DNA from: an uncultured Acidobacteriota bacterium
GTDB lineage: Bacteria; Acidobacteriota; Vicinamibacteria; Vicinamibacterales; CAVVIG01
NCBI GenBank assembly: GCA_963729215.1
Contig: CAVSND010000019.1
Span: 199,801-263,800 of the forward strand
Direction of reading: 5' to 3'
DNA: 64,000 nt
A program made the position numbers and the translations under genes. Positions 19,413 to 27,480 of this stretch are shown here, piece by piece (the first letter of the stretch is position 1; the number at the start of each line of letters is the position of its first letter). The notes beneath the pieces are model-generated. The model worked only from the letters and a program-made list of their open reading frames with translations. It made no database searches and was not told the DNA's origin.

Positions 19413-20492
19413 ATGCACATGAGATGTGTTGGCAAGTTCCACCGATGGACGGAGCCGCGCCTGATGCCCGCGCTGCTGCTGGGTATCCTGCTTGCGGCTG
19501 CGCCGTCTTCGGCGCAGAGTCCGCCGCCGCTGCCGACCGTCGGCGCGGGCGTGCAGACAAGTTACGTGCACACGTCTCCTGAGGGCGGCGACTCCACGGA
19601 CACGTTTCCACTCAACAGCGTCCGGTTGTACGTCAGCGGAACGGCGGCGCCGAAAATCAAGTACATGTTCAACACGGAGTACGACAGCAACAATCACGTC
19701 AACGTGCTCGACGCGGCCGCGCAGTTCGAGCTGTCGCCCGCGGTGAACTTCTGGGTCGGCCGGATGCTGCCGCCGAGCGACCGCGCGAACTTGTACGGGC
19801 CGTACTACTCGAACGAATGGGCGGTCTACACCGACGGCATCCAGGACGGCTACCCGTTTGTGGCCACGGGCCGCGACAACGGCTTCCTCTATTGGGGCCA
19901 GTTCGACAAGATCAAGCTCTCGGGCGGCATCTTCGACGGCGCCACGGCGACCGGCACCAGCACCGTCATCACGGCTGGCCGCGCGCAGGTGGACTTCTGG
20001 GACGCCGAGGATGGCTACTACCTCAACGGCACCTACTACGGCGCGAAAAACCTGCTGGCCGTCGGCATCGCCGGGCAGTTCCAGGGCAGCGACAAGTCGG
20101 CCTGGAACGTGGACTTCCTGCTCGAGAAGAAGGTGTCGGGCGGCGGCGCGTTCACGGTTGAGAGTCAATACAACAACTACAGCCAGCTGGGCGGCTACAA
20201 CGCACGGTACGGGGAGAGCGACGGCGCCTACGGCCTCGCGAGCTTTCTGTTTCCGCCCGCCATGGGCATGACGGGGAAGTTCCAGGTCATGGGGAAGTAC
20301 GCGCAGGCGAACTTCACCAAGGGCATCACCGCGCTCGACGCGGACTACACCCAGAAGACGACCGAGTTCAACTTCAACTACATCATCAAGGACTTCAACG
20401 CGCGCGTGATGTTCTTCATCAAGGACACCCGCTTCGACGCCGTGAAGCACAACGACACACAGGTGGGCGTTGGTATCCAGCTGCAGATCTGA
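19413..20492 (+). CDS. Outer-membrane porin, possibly for urea/short-chain amides
   Basis: 359 aa with signal peptide ALLLGILLAAAPSSAQS. It has alternating aromatic/Gly-rich beta-strand character and ends ...VGVGIQLQI. GAGGG lies 6 nt before ATG 19413, and ATG 19464 is an alternative start. The position directly upstream of urtA is analogous to FmdC-type porins (inference). Confidence 0.65.
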   Translation: MHMRCVGKFHRWTEPRLMPALLLGILLAAAPSSAQSPPPLPTVGAGVQTSYVHTSPEGGDSTDTFPLNSVRLYVSGTAAPKIKYMFNTEYDSNNHVNVLDAAAQFELSPAVNFWVGRMLPPSDRANLYGPYYSNEWAVYTDGIQDGYPFVATGRDNGFLYWGQFDKIKLSGGIFDGATATGTSTVITAGRAQVDFWDAEDGYYLNGTYYGAKNLLAVGIAGQFQGSDKSAWNVDFLLEKKVSGGGAFTVESQYNNYSQLGGYNARYGESDGAYGLASFLFPPAMGMTGKFQVMGKYAQANFTKGITALDADYTQKTTEFNFNYIIKDFNARVMFFIKDTRFDAVKHNDTQVGVGIQLQI

Positions 20493-20547
20493 TGAGCGTG
20501 GCGCCATCGTCTCCCAATCGTCTTGGCCCCAATGAAGGAGTGAACAT

Positions 20548-21834
20548 ATGAAAAAGAGACAGATACGCCTGGCAACGTGGCTGACGGCCACGGCCCTGGC
20601 ATGGTCAGCAGCGGCATCCGCGCAGGGCACGATCAAGGTCGGTGTGCTGCATTCGCTCTCGGGCACGATGGCCATCAGCGAAACCACGCTGAAGGACACC
20701 GTGCTGATGCTCATCGAGGAGCAGAACAAGAAGGGCGGGCTGCTCGGCAAGAAGCTCGAGGCCGTGGTGGTGGATCCCGCGTCCGACTGGCCGCTGTTCG
20801 CCGAGAAGGCACGAGAGCTCCTCGAGAAGGACAAGGTCGCGGTCACGTTCGGCTGCTGGACGTCGGTGTCCCGGAAGTCCGTGCTGCCCGTTTTCGAGAA
20901 GGACAACGGCCTGCTCTTCTATCCCGTCCAGTACGAAGGGGAGGAGTCGTCCAAAAACGTCATCTATACCGGCGCGGCCCCCAACCAGCAGGCCATTCCC
21001 GCTGTGGACTACCTGATGAAGGACCTCGCCGTGAAGCGGTGGGTGCTCGAGGGCACCGACTACGTGTATCCGCGCACCACGAACAAGATCCTCGAGGCGT
21101 ACCTGCTCGCCAAGGGCGTCAAACCCGAGGACATCTCGATCAACTACACGCCGTTCGGCTATTCCGACTGGCAGACGCGGGTCGCCGCGATCAAGCGGTT
21201 CGGCTCGGCCGGCAAGAAGACGGCGGTCGTGTCCACCATCAACGGCGACGCCAACGTGCCGTTCTACAAGGAGCTCGGCAACCAGAAGATCTCGGCAGAA
21301 GACATCCCGGTCGTCGCGTTCTCGGTCGGCGAAGAGGAGTTGTCCGGCCTCGATGCCAAACCGCTGGTCGGCCATCTCGCCGCCTGGAACTACTTCCAGA
21401 GCATCAGCACGCCGGCCAACAAGGCGTTCATCGATCGCTGGCACGCGTATATCAAGAAACCCAAGCGCACGACCAACGACCCGATGGAAGCGCACTACAT
21501 CGGCTTTGCCCTGTGGGTGAAAGCCGTGCAGAAGGCAGGCTCGACCGACGTCGACAAAGTGCTCGCGGCCCTGCCCGGCCTCGAAGTGCCGAACCTGACC
21601 GGCGGCATCGCGAAGCTGCTGCCCAACCATCACATCACGAAGCCGGTGTACATCGGCGAGGTGAAGGCCGACGGCCAGTTCAGCGTGGTCTGGAAGACGC
21701 CCGGCACCGTGCCCGGCGATGCCTGGTCGGATTTCCTCCCCGGCAGCAAGGACATCGAAGCCGACTGGGTCACGTTGAAATGCGGGAACTATAATTCCAA
21801 GACCAAGGTGTGTTCGGGACAAAACTACAAGTGA
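20548..21834 (+). CDS. urtA: Urea ABC transporter substrate-binding protein
   Basis: 428 aa with a signal peptide. The GTIKVGVLHSLSGTMAISE... pattern is LIV-binding-protein fold of UrtA type. It is followed by urtBCDE. AAGGAG precedes the ATG. Confidence 0.93.
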   Translation: MKKRQIRLATWLTATALAWSAAASAQGTIKVGVLHSLSGTMAISETTLKDTVLMLIEEQNKKGGLLGKKLEAVVVDPASDWPLFAEKARELLEKDKVAVTFGCWTSVSRKSVLPVFEKDNGLLFYPVQYEGEESSKNVIYTGAAPNQQAIPAVDYLMKDLAVKRWVLEGTDYVYPRTTNKILEAYLLAKGVKPEDISINYTPFGYSDWQTRVAAIKRFGSAGKKTAVVSTINGDANVPFYKELGNQKISAEDIPVVAFSVGEEELSGLDAKPLVGHLAAWNYFQSISTPANKAFIDRWHAYIKKPKRTTNDPMEAHYIGFALWVKAVQKAGSTDVDKVLAALPGLEVPNLTGGIAKLLPNHHITKPVYIGEVKADGQFSVVWKTPGTVPGDAWSDFLPGSKDIEADWVTLKCGNYNSKTKVCSGQNYK

Positions 21835-23501
21835 TCAATCCGGTGGCGGGCAGGCAGCTGCCATGGCTGCTGCTCGCCGCCTTCGTCTTCGTTCTGGCGG
21901 CGCCTCTTCTCCGCGCGCAGTCTCCCGCCGATGGCGACAGCGGGTTTCTGGCTGCCATCGACAGCCTGCGCGAGGCCAGCTTCGTGGAGAAGGAAGCGGT
22001 CGTCACGCGTTTGAGCGAAAGCGGCCACAAGAGCGCGCGGCCCGTCCTGGCCGCGTGGCTCGAAGAGCGTCTGGCCGTTCGCGCCAGCGACCAGAAAGTC
22101 TTCATCGTCAAGCCCGCGGACGAGAACCGCCCGACGCTCGACCTGGTGGATCCGCTCACGCTGGCGGATGCCGGATCCGGCGCACGGGACGACCTCGCCA
22201 CGATCGGCACGAACAACCGGCTGCGGCGGGTGCTCAAGACGGCTGTCGCGCGCTTCGATTTGTCCAGCGCCGACGCGTCCGTGCGGCTCGCCGCGGTGAC
22301 TGAAATGCTGCGGGCGCTCGACGAGACGAGCATCGCCGTGCTCCGGCAGCGTGTGGGACAGGAAACGGACAAGGCCGTCAAGGCCGAGATCGAGACGGGG
22401 CTGGCGCTGGCGGCCCTCGACGGTGGCGACGCGAAAGCCAGGCTGGACGCCGTTCAGACGCTCTCGTTACGGCTGCGGCCCGAGGTCAGAAACCGGCTCG
22501 CCGCGCTCCTCGAGAAATCGCCCGACGGGGCGTTCGTCGAGAGCGACGCGGCGGTCAGGACGGCGGCCGCGAGCGCCGTCAAGCGGATCGACCGGTCCCG
22601 CACGCTCTATTCCGGCATCGAGACGCTGTTCTTCGGCATGAGTCTCGGATCGGTCCTCGTGCTGATCGCGATCGGCCTGGCGATCACGTTTGGCGTGATG
22701 GGCGTCATCAACATGGCGCACGGCGAGCTGATGATGCTGGGGGCGTACACCACGTACGTCGTCCAGCTGGCGATGCCGAAGTACATGGGCCTGTCGATTC
22801 TCGTGGCCATCCCGGCCGCCTTCCTGGTGTCGGCGCTCGCGGGCGTGATCATCGAGCGCACGATCATCCGCTTTCTCTACGGCAGGCCGCTCGAGACCCT
22901 GCTGGCCACCTTTGGCGTCAGCCTCGTGCTCCAGCAGCTCGTGCGTTCCGTGTTCTCGGCGAACAACCGATCGGTGGTCACACCGGACTGGCTGAGCGGT
23001 TCGCTGCAGATCAACGAAGCGCTGGCGATTACACTGAACCGCCTCTACATTCTCGCCTTCGCGCTGCTGGTGTTCCTGATTCTGCAGGCCGTGCTCAAAC
23101 GCACGCGGCTGGGGCTCGACATCCGGGCCGTCTCCCAGAATCGCGCGATGGCGCGGGCCATGGGGATCCGCAGCGAGTGGGTGGACGCGATGACCTTCGG
23201 GCTGGGCTCGGGCATCGCCGGCGTCGCGGGTGTCGCCCTCAGTCAGCTCACCAACGTCGGCCCGAACCTCGGCCAGTCCTACATCATCGATTCGTTCATG
23301 GTCGTCGTGTTCGGCGGCGTCGGCAACCTGTGGGGCACGCTCATCGGCGGCGTCTCGATGGGCATCGTCAACAAACTGCTCGAGCCGTACGCCGGAGCGG
23401 TGCTGGCGAAGATCGTCGTGCTCGTCGGCCTGATCGTCTTCATCCAGAGGCGTCCCCGCGGATTGTTTCCACAGACGGGACGCGCGGCGGAGACGCAGTG
23501 A
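21810..23501 (+). CDS. urtB: Urea ABC transporter permease with long N-terminal extension
   Basis: The C-terminal ~300 aa is a LivH-type permease (GVINMAHGELMMLGAYTTYVV...). The ~250-aa N-terminal domain matches long-form UrtB. The start is GTG 21810 or GTG 21831 (GTGA overlap with the urtA stop). Confidence 0.9.
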   Translation: MFGTKLQVINPVAGRQLPWLLLAAFVFVLAAPLLRAQSPADGDSGFLAAIDSLREASFVEKEAVVTRLSESGHKSARPVLAAWLEERLAVRASDQKVFIVKPADENRPTLDLVDPLTLADAGSGARDDLATIGTNNRLRRVLKTAVARFDLSSADASVRLAAVTEMLRALDETSIAVLRQRVGQETDKAVKAEIETGLALAALDGGDAKARLDAVQTLSLRLRPEVRNRLAALLEKSPDGAFVESDAAVRTAAASAVKRIDRSRTLYSGIETLFFGMSLGSVLVLIAIGLAITFGVMGVINMAHGELMMLGAYTTYVVQLAMPKYMGLSILVAIPAAFLVSALAGVIIERTIIRFLYGRPLETLLATFGVSLVLQQLVRSVFSANNRSVVTPDWLSGSLQINEALAITLNRLYILAFALLVFLILQAVLKRTRLGLDIRAVSQNRAMARAMGIRSEWVDAMTFGLGSGIAGVAGVALSQLTNVGPNLGQSYIIDSFMVVVFGGVGNLWGTLIGGVSMGIVNKLLEPYAGAVLAKIVVLVGLIVFIQRRPRGLFPQTGRAAETQ

Positions 23502-24610
23502 CCGCTTCTCGGCCGTCGTCGGATCCGGGAGCCGGGGCCTACCGGTTCGGCCGCAGCGGCATTGCGCTGCTGACCGTGCTCGCCGCCGTGGCGATTTTCG
23601 TCCCCGTGCTGAACCGCGTTGTTCCGCCCTCGTCGTCTCTGCATCTGTCCACGTACGCGCTGACGCTCATCGGCAAGTACATGTGCTACGCGATGCTGGC
23701 GCTGGCCGTGGACCTGGTGTGGGGCTACTGCGGCATCCTCAGCCTGGGCCATGCCGCGTTCTTTTCGCTCGGCGGCTACGCCATGGGCATGTATCTCATG
23801 CGGCAGATCGGCCGTCGCGGCGTCTACGGCGACCCCGTCCTGCCCGACTTCATGGTGTTCCTGAACTGGAAGGCGCTCCCGTGGTTCTGGTACGGGTTCG
23901 ATCGCTTCTGGTTCGCGATGGCCATGGTGCTGCTGGTGCCGGCGGCGCTCGCATTCGTCTTCGGCTGGCTCGCGTTTCGATCGCGCGTCACGGGCGTGTA
24001 CCTGTCGATCATGACGCAGGCGTTGAGCTACGCGCTGATGCTCTCGTTCTTCCGGAACGACATGGGCTTCGGCGGGAACAACGGATTCACCGACTTCAAG
24101 GACATCCTGGGCCTCGACCTCCACGCCGACGGCACCAGGGTCATGCTGCTCGTGGCGACGGCTGTCGCCCTGTCGCTCGGCTACCTGGCCTCCCGTTTCA
24201 TCGTGACGTCCCGGGCGGGGCGCGTGATTCGGGCGATCCGTGACGCGGAAAGCCGCACGCGGTTTCTCGGCTACAAGGTGGAATCGTACAAGCTGTGGGT
24301 CTTCGTCTTCTCGGCCATCCTGGCGGGCGTCGCCGGCGCCCTGTACGTTCCGCAGGTGGGCATCATCAACCCGAGTGAATTCGCGCCCATCAACTCGATC
24401 GAGGTCGTGATCTGGGTCGCGGTGGGCGGACGAGGGACCCTGGTCGGCGCCGCCCTCGGCGCCGTGCTCGTCAACTACGCGAAGACGTTCTTCACGGGCG
24501 CGCTGCCCGAGGTCTGGCTGTACGCGCTTGGCGCGCTGTTCGTCCTGGCTACGCTCTTCCTGCCTCGCGGCCTCATGGGCCTCATGCCCGGGGGGAGCGA
24601 CGCGCGATGA
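23498..24610 (+). CDS. urtC: Urea ABC transporter permease
   Basis: GTG 23498 overlaps the urtB stop (GTGA). LivM-type permease (ILSLGHAAFFSLGGYAMGMYL...). The upstream part of ORF 23177..24610 overlaps urtB and is not coding. Confidence 0.9.
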   Translation: MTASRPSSDPGAGAYRFGRSGIALLTVLAAVAIFVPVLNRVVPPSSSLHLSTYALTLIGKYMCYAMLALAVDLVWGYCGILSLGHAAFFSLGGYAMGMYLMRQIGRRGVYGDPVLPDFMVFLNWKALPWFWYGFDRFWFAMAMVLLVPAALAFVFGWLAFRSRVTGVYLSIMTQALSYALMLSFFRNDMGFGGNNGFTDFKDILGLDLHADGTRVMLLVATAVALSLGYLASRFIVTSRAGRVIRAIRDAESRTRFLGYKVESYKLWVFVFSAILAGVAGALYVPQVGIINPSEFAPINSIEVVIWVAVGGRGTLVGAALGAVLVNYAKTFFTGALPEVWLYALGALFVLATLFLPRGLMGLMPGGSDAR

Positions 24611-25371
24611 GCGACAGGATTCCACCGGAGCTGCTTCGCGGCACGATCCTCGAGCTCAAGGATCTGACCGTCAGCTTCGACGGCTTCAAGGCGCTGAACG
24701 CGCTGTCCCTTCGCATCGAAGCGGGCGAGCTGCGCTGCATCATCGGGCCGAACGGCGCCGGCAAGACGACGATGATGGACGTCGTGACCGGGAAGACGCG
24801 CCCGGACTCCGGTTCAGCGGTCTTCGGCGAGATCAACCTGCTCGAGCTGTCGGAGCCCGAGATTGCGGAGGCGGGCATCGGGCGCAAGTTCCAGAAACCC
24901 ACCGTGTTCGAGCGGCTGACCGTGTTCGAGAACCTCGAGATTTCCCTGTGGGGCGACAAGCGGTTCCTCAAAGCGCTCTTCGCGCGGCTGACGCGCGGGC
25001 AGAACGATCACATCCGGGACGTGCTCGAGGTGATCGGCCTGTCGACCCAGCACGCGGTCGTGGCCGGGGCGTTGTCGCACGGCCAGAAGCAGTGGCTGGA
25101 AATCGGGATGCTGCTCATGCAGGAGCCCGACGTGCTGCTGGTGGACGAGCCGGTGGCCGGCATGACGCCGCAGGAAACCGAGCGCACCGCGGAGCTGCTG
25201 CTGTCGCTCATGGCCGAACACACCGTCATCGTCGTCGAGCACGACATGGATTTCGTGCGATCGATTGCCCGTCGTGTCACGGTGCTCCATGAAGGCCGCG
25301 TGCTTGCCGAAGGCGATATGGATCACGTGCAGAACGACCCGCGCGTGATCGAGGTGTATCTGGGGGAATGA
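24607..25371 (+). CDS. urtD: Urea ABC transporter ATP-binding protein
   Basis: Walker A GPNGAGKTT, signature LSHGQKQWLEIG, Walker B VLLVDEP. ATGA overlap with urtC. Confidence 0.93.
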   Translation: MSDRIPPELLRGTILELKDLTVSFDGFKALNALSLRIEAGELRCIIGPNGAGKTTMMDVVTGKTRPDSGSAVFGEINLLELSEPEIAEAGIGRKFQKPTVFERLTVFENLEISLWGDKRFLKALFARLTRGQNDHIRDVLEVIGLSTQHAVVAGALSHGQKQWLEIGMLLMQEPDVLLVDEPVAGMTPQETERTAELLLSLMAEHTVIVVEHDMDFVRSIARRVTVLHEGRVLAEGDMDHVQNDPRVIEVYLGE

Positions 25372-26069
25372 GTACGCTCTCTGTCACGGCCCTCAATCAG
25401 TCCTATGGCGGAAGCCACACGCTGTGGGACGTCGATCTCGTCGTGCCCGCGGGATCACGTACCTGCCTGATGGGCCGCAACGGGATGGGGAAGACGACCC
25501 TGCTCAAGTGCATCATGGGCCTGTTGCGCGTGAGCTCGGGGACGATCGACTTCGACGGCCACAACATCGCCGGGCTGCCGGCCGAAGCGCGTGCCCGGCT
25601 GGGCATCGGCTACGTGCCGCAGGGCCGCGAAATCTTCGCGCAGCTCACGGTCGAAGAGAATCTGCGCGTGGGACTCGGCATCCGCAAGAACGGGGCTCGC
25701 ACGATTCCGTCCAAGGTCTTCGAGCTGTTCCCGGTGTTGAAGCAGATGCTGAACCGGCGGGGCGGCGATCTCTCGGGCGGTCAACAACAGCAGCTGGCGA
25801 TCGGCCGCGCCCTGGTGCTGGAGCCGACGCTGCTCATTCTGGACGAACCGACGGAAGGCATCCAGCCCAATATCGTCCACGAGATCGGCGACATCATCCT
25901 GAGGCTGAATGAGGAGGCCGGCGTGACCGTTCTGCTCGTCGAGCAGAAGCTCCCGTTCGCGCGTCGCGTGGCGAGCGAGTTCCGCATCCTGGAGAAAGGC
26001 CGCTGCGTGGCCGGCGGCGCCATCAACGAGCTGACAGACGACGTCGTCCGCGCGCATCTTTCGGTGTGA
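25368..26069 (+). CDS. urtE: Urea ABC transporter ATP-binding protein
   Basis: Walker A GRNGMGKTT, signature LSGGQQQQLAIGRAL, Walker B LLILDEP. ATGA overlap with urtD. Confidence 0.93.
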   Translation: MSTLSVTALNQSYGGSHTLWDVDLVVPAGSRTCLMGRNGMGKTTLLKCIMGLLRVSSGTIDFDGHNIAGLPAEARARLGIGYVPQGREIFAQLTVEENLRVGLGIRKNGARTIPSKVFELFPVLKQMLNRRGGDLSGGQQQQLAIGRALVLEPTLLILDEPTEGIQPNIVHEIGDIILRLNEEAGVTVLLVEQKLPFARRVASEFRILEKGRCVAGGAINELTDDVVRAHLSV

Positions 26070-26303
26070 TCACGCAAAGGGCAGGGTGCGACTACGCAAA
26101 GGGCACGGGCGGGATCGCGCGAAGGGCACAGGTGGGATCACGCAAAAGGCAGGGTGGGATCACGCAGAGGCCACAGCCCGTTTCGGTTCGGACCGAGCCC
26201 CTTGCGCAATCACATCAAGCCCTTTGCTTGATCCCTTCGAGCCCGCTGCGCGATCCCGCCCGTGCTCTTTGCGCGATCCCGTCGAGCCCTTTACGTTCGT
26301 CGC
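26068..26303. repeat. ~235-nt imperfect palindrome made of 5 direct + 5 inverted 22-23-nt units (core GCAAAGGGC)
   Basis: Direct units start at 26068, 26090, 26113, 26136 and 26158 (gatcacgcaaagggcagggtgg type). The centre is tttcggttcggaccgag. Inverted units have cores CCCTTTGC-like near 26199, 26221, 26243, 26265 and 26287. The array fills the convergent spacer between urtE and the ferredoxin gene. Confidence 0.85.
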
Positions 26304-26307
26304 AGTG

Positions 26308-26658
26308 TTAGACCCATTCCGGCGGCGGCGTGATGACCGGCTCTGGCGTGCGGCCCGGATCGGGGCGGCCGGTGCCTTCGAGGCGGCTGATGGCCCGGAC
26401 GGTCATGTCGTGGTCGCACAGCATCTGACACGACAGCCGGACGCCGCTCAGTCCTTTGGCCGTGAGCACCTGTTTCTCGGCGACAGTCATCGCCGACGGC
26501 TCCCCGGCGACGAATTCGACCCGGCACGTGGTGCAGCGGGCGTTCCCGCCGCAGGCGTGCATGATGTCGACTTTCGCGTCCTGTTCTATAGCCAGCACCA
26601 GCCGCTTGTCGGCGGGCACTTCAAACGTTCCATATCCTTCGACGGTCAACTTAGACAT
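26308..26658 (-). CDS. 2Fe-2S ferredoxin-like protein
   Basis: 116 aa. The Cys pattern HACGGNARCTTCRV...LSCQ fits plant/adrenodoxin-type 2Fe-2S ligands (C-x5-C-x2-C...C). Confidence 0.8.
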   Translation of the reverse strand: MSKLTVEGYGTFEVPADKRLVLAIEQDAKVDIMHACGGNARCTTCRVEFVAGEPSAMTVAEKQVLTAKGLSGVRLSCQMLCDHDMTVRAISRLEGTGRPDPGRTPEPVITPPPEWV

Positions 26659-26676
26659 GCCGGTATTCTGTCACAC

Positions 26677-26827
26677 GAGCCCGTTGCGCGTTGATCAGCC
26701 CTTTGGAACCTGCAGCCGTCCCGCCCTTTGCAGCCGTGGCCGCCGAGCCCTGTGGAGACCGTGACCGCCGAGTCCTCTTGAGCCGTGGCCTCATGGCCCT
26801 TTAGACCGTGGCCGCCCGGCCTTTATT
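26677..26827. repeat. Seven tandem ~20-25-nt units with the same GCCCTTTG core, upstream of the ferredoxin gene
   Basis: Cores lie near 26680, 26700, 26723, 26748, 26773, 26797 and 26819 (gagcccgttgcg, cagccctttgga, ccgccctttgca, gagccctgtgga, gagtcctcttga, ggccctttaga, ggcctttatt). They have the same orientation as the inverted half of 26068..26303. Confidence 0.8.
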
Positions 26828-27464
26828 CGATCGCTTTGTAAACCCGTTCATCGAGCGGACTGCCGGTCAACGGCTGCAGCTCGTCCCGATACTGCCGTGT
26901 ATGCGCGGCGGCGACGTGCGCGTCGAACGCCTTCTGATCGCGCCAGGTTTCGACGACCGTGAAATGATTCGCGCGCATCGTGTGCTGGACGACATCGAAT
27001 CGAAGATTGCCGTCTTCCATGCGGCTGGCCTCTGCCAGCCGCCGGAGCATGCCCGCCACGCGCGGATCAGGTGCGACGTCCACGTGCGACACGACCGACA
27101 CCGCGCGGTTGTTCGGCGGCGGCGGGGCCGGTCCGACTGACAGCGTCTTGTAAGGACGCAGATCGTAGTCGCTGACCCGAATCGACGCGAGCGCATCCAC
27201 GAGCTGCTTCTGCGAGGCGCCCCGAGCGTCGAAGGTCGCCTGATCGCGCCATTGTTCGAACAGCGCGAAGTGTCCCGGGCGTCCGACCTGCTCGAAGATG
27301 TCAAAGCGGACGAACCCGTCCCGCGCCCGATTCGCCTCGCGGTACTGCTTCAGCGCGGCAATCGCCTTTGCGGCGGCCGGCGCCATCGCTTCCACGTACG
27401 ACACGGCGTAGAACGTGGGGTCCGGGCGAGCGTCGGTGGCGGCGCGCCGACTGTGCCGCAACAC
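26823..27464 (-). CDS. Tandem ABM (antibiotic-biosynthesis-monooxygenase/Dabb fold) domain protein
   Basis: Two repeats: FYAVSYVEA...HFALFEQWRDQATFDA and VSVVSHVDV...HFTVVETWRDQKAFDAHVAAAHT. The frame is open up to 27722. GTG 27464 is a possible start, or the protein may be fused to the upstream MBL gene (see findings). Confidence 0.65.
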   Translation of the reverse strand: MLRHSRRAATDARPDPTFYAVSYVEAMAPAAAKAIAALKQYREANRARDGFVRFDIFEQVGRPGHFALFEQWRDQATFDARGASQKQLVDALASIRVSDYDLRPYKTLSVGPAPPPPNNRAVSVVSHVDVAPDPRVAGMLRRLAEASRMEDGNLRFDVVQHTMRANHFTVVETWRDQKAFDAHVAAAHTRQYRDELQPLTGSPLDERVYKAIE

Positions 27465-27480
27465 CCGGACCTGCCACGGA

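Noticed and set aside
19197-20906. 569-aa ORF on the minus strand across the porin and the urtA start
   Set aside because: It is antisense to two well-supported genes and its product is Arg/Ala/Val-rich with low complexity. This is a typical shadow ORF of high-GC DNA. The same applies to 53461..55746, 61910..63793, 38452..39999, 20605..21822, 23279..24625, 58991..60364, 29630..31543 and similar entries in the track.
26068-26180. Plasmid-type iterons / replication origin (five ~22-bp direct repeats at two-turn spacing)
   Set aside because: There is no rep gene, no adjacent AT-rich unwinding region and no DnaA-box cluster that I could see. The context is a chromosomal operon, and the same unit also occurs inverted and upstream of the ferredoxin gene.
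26068-26303. CRISPR array
   Set aside because: The 22-23-nt units are contiguous with no unique spacers, half of them are inverted, the unit sequence is only partly conserved, and there are no cas genes in the window.
26068-26313. Integron cassette with attC (small gene followed by a long imperfect palindrome; GTTAGAC = GTTRRRY at 26307-26313)
   Set aside because: Only one core-like site is present and it overlaps the stop codon by chance. There is no matching site at the far end, no intI and no cassette array. The palindrome is made of tandem units, unlike attC.
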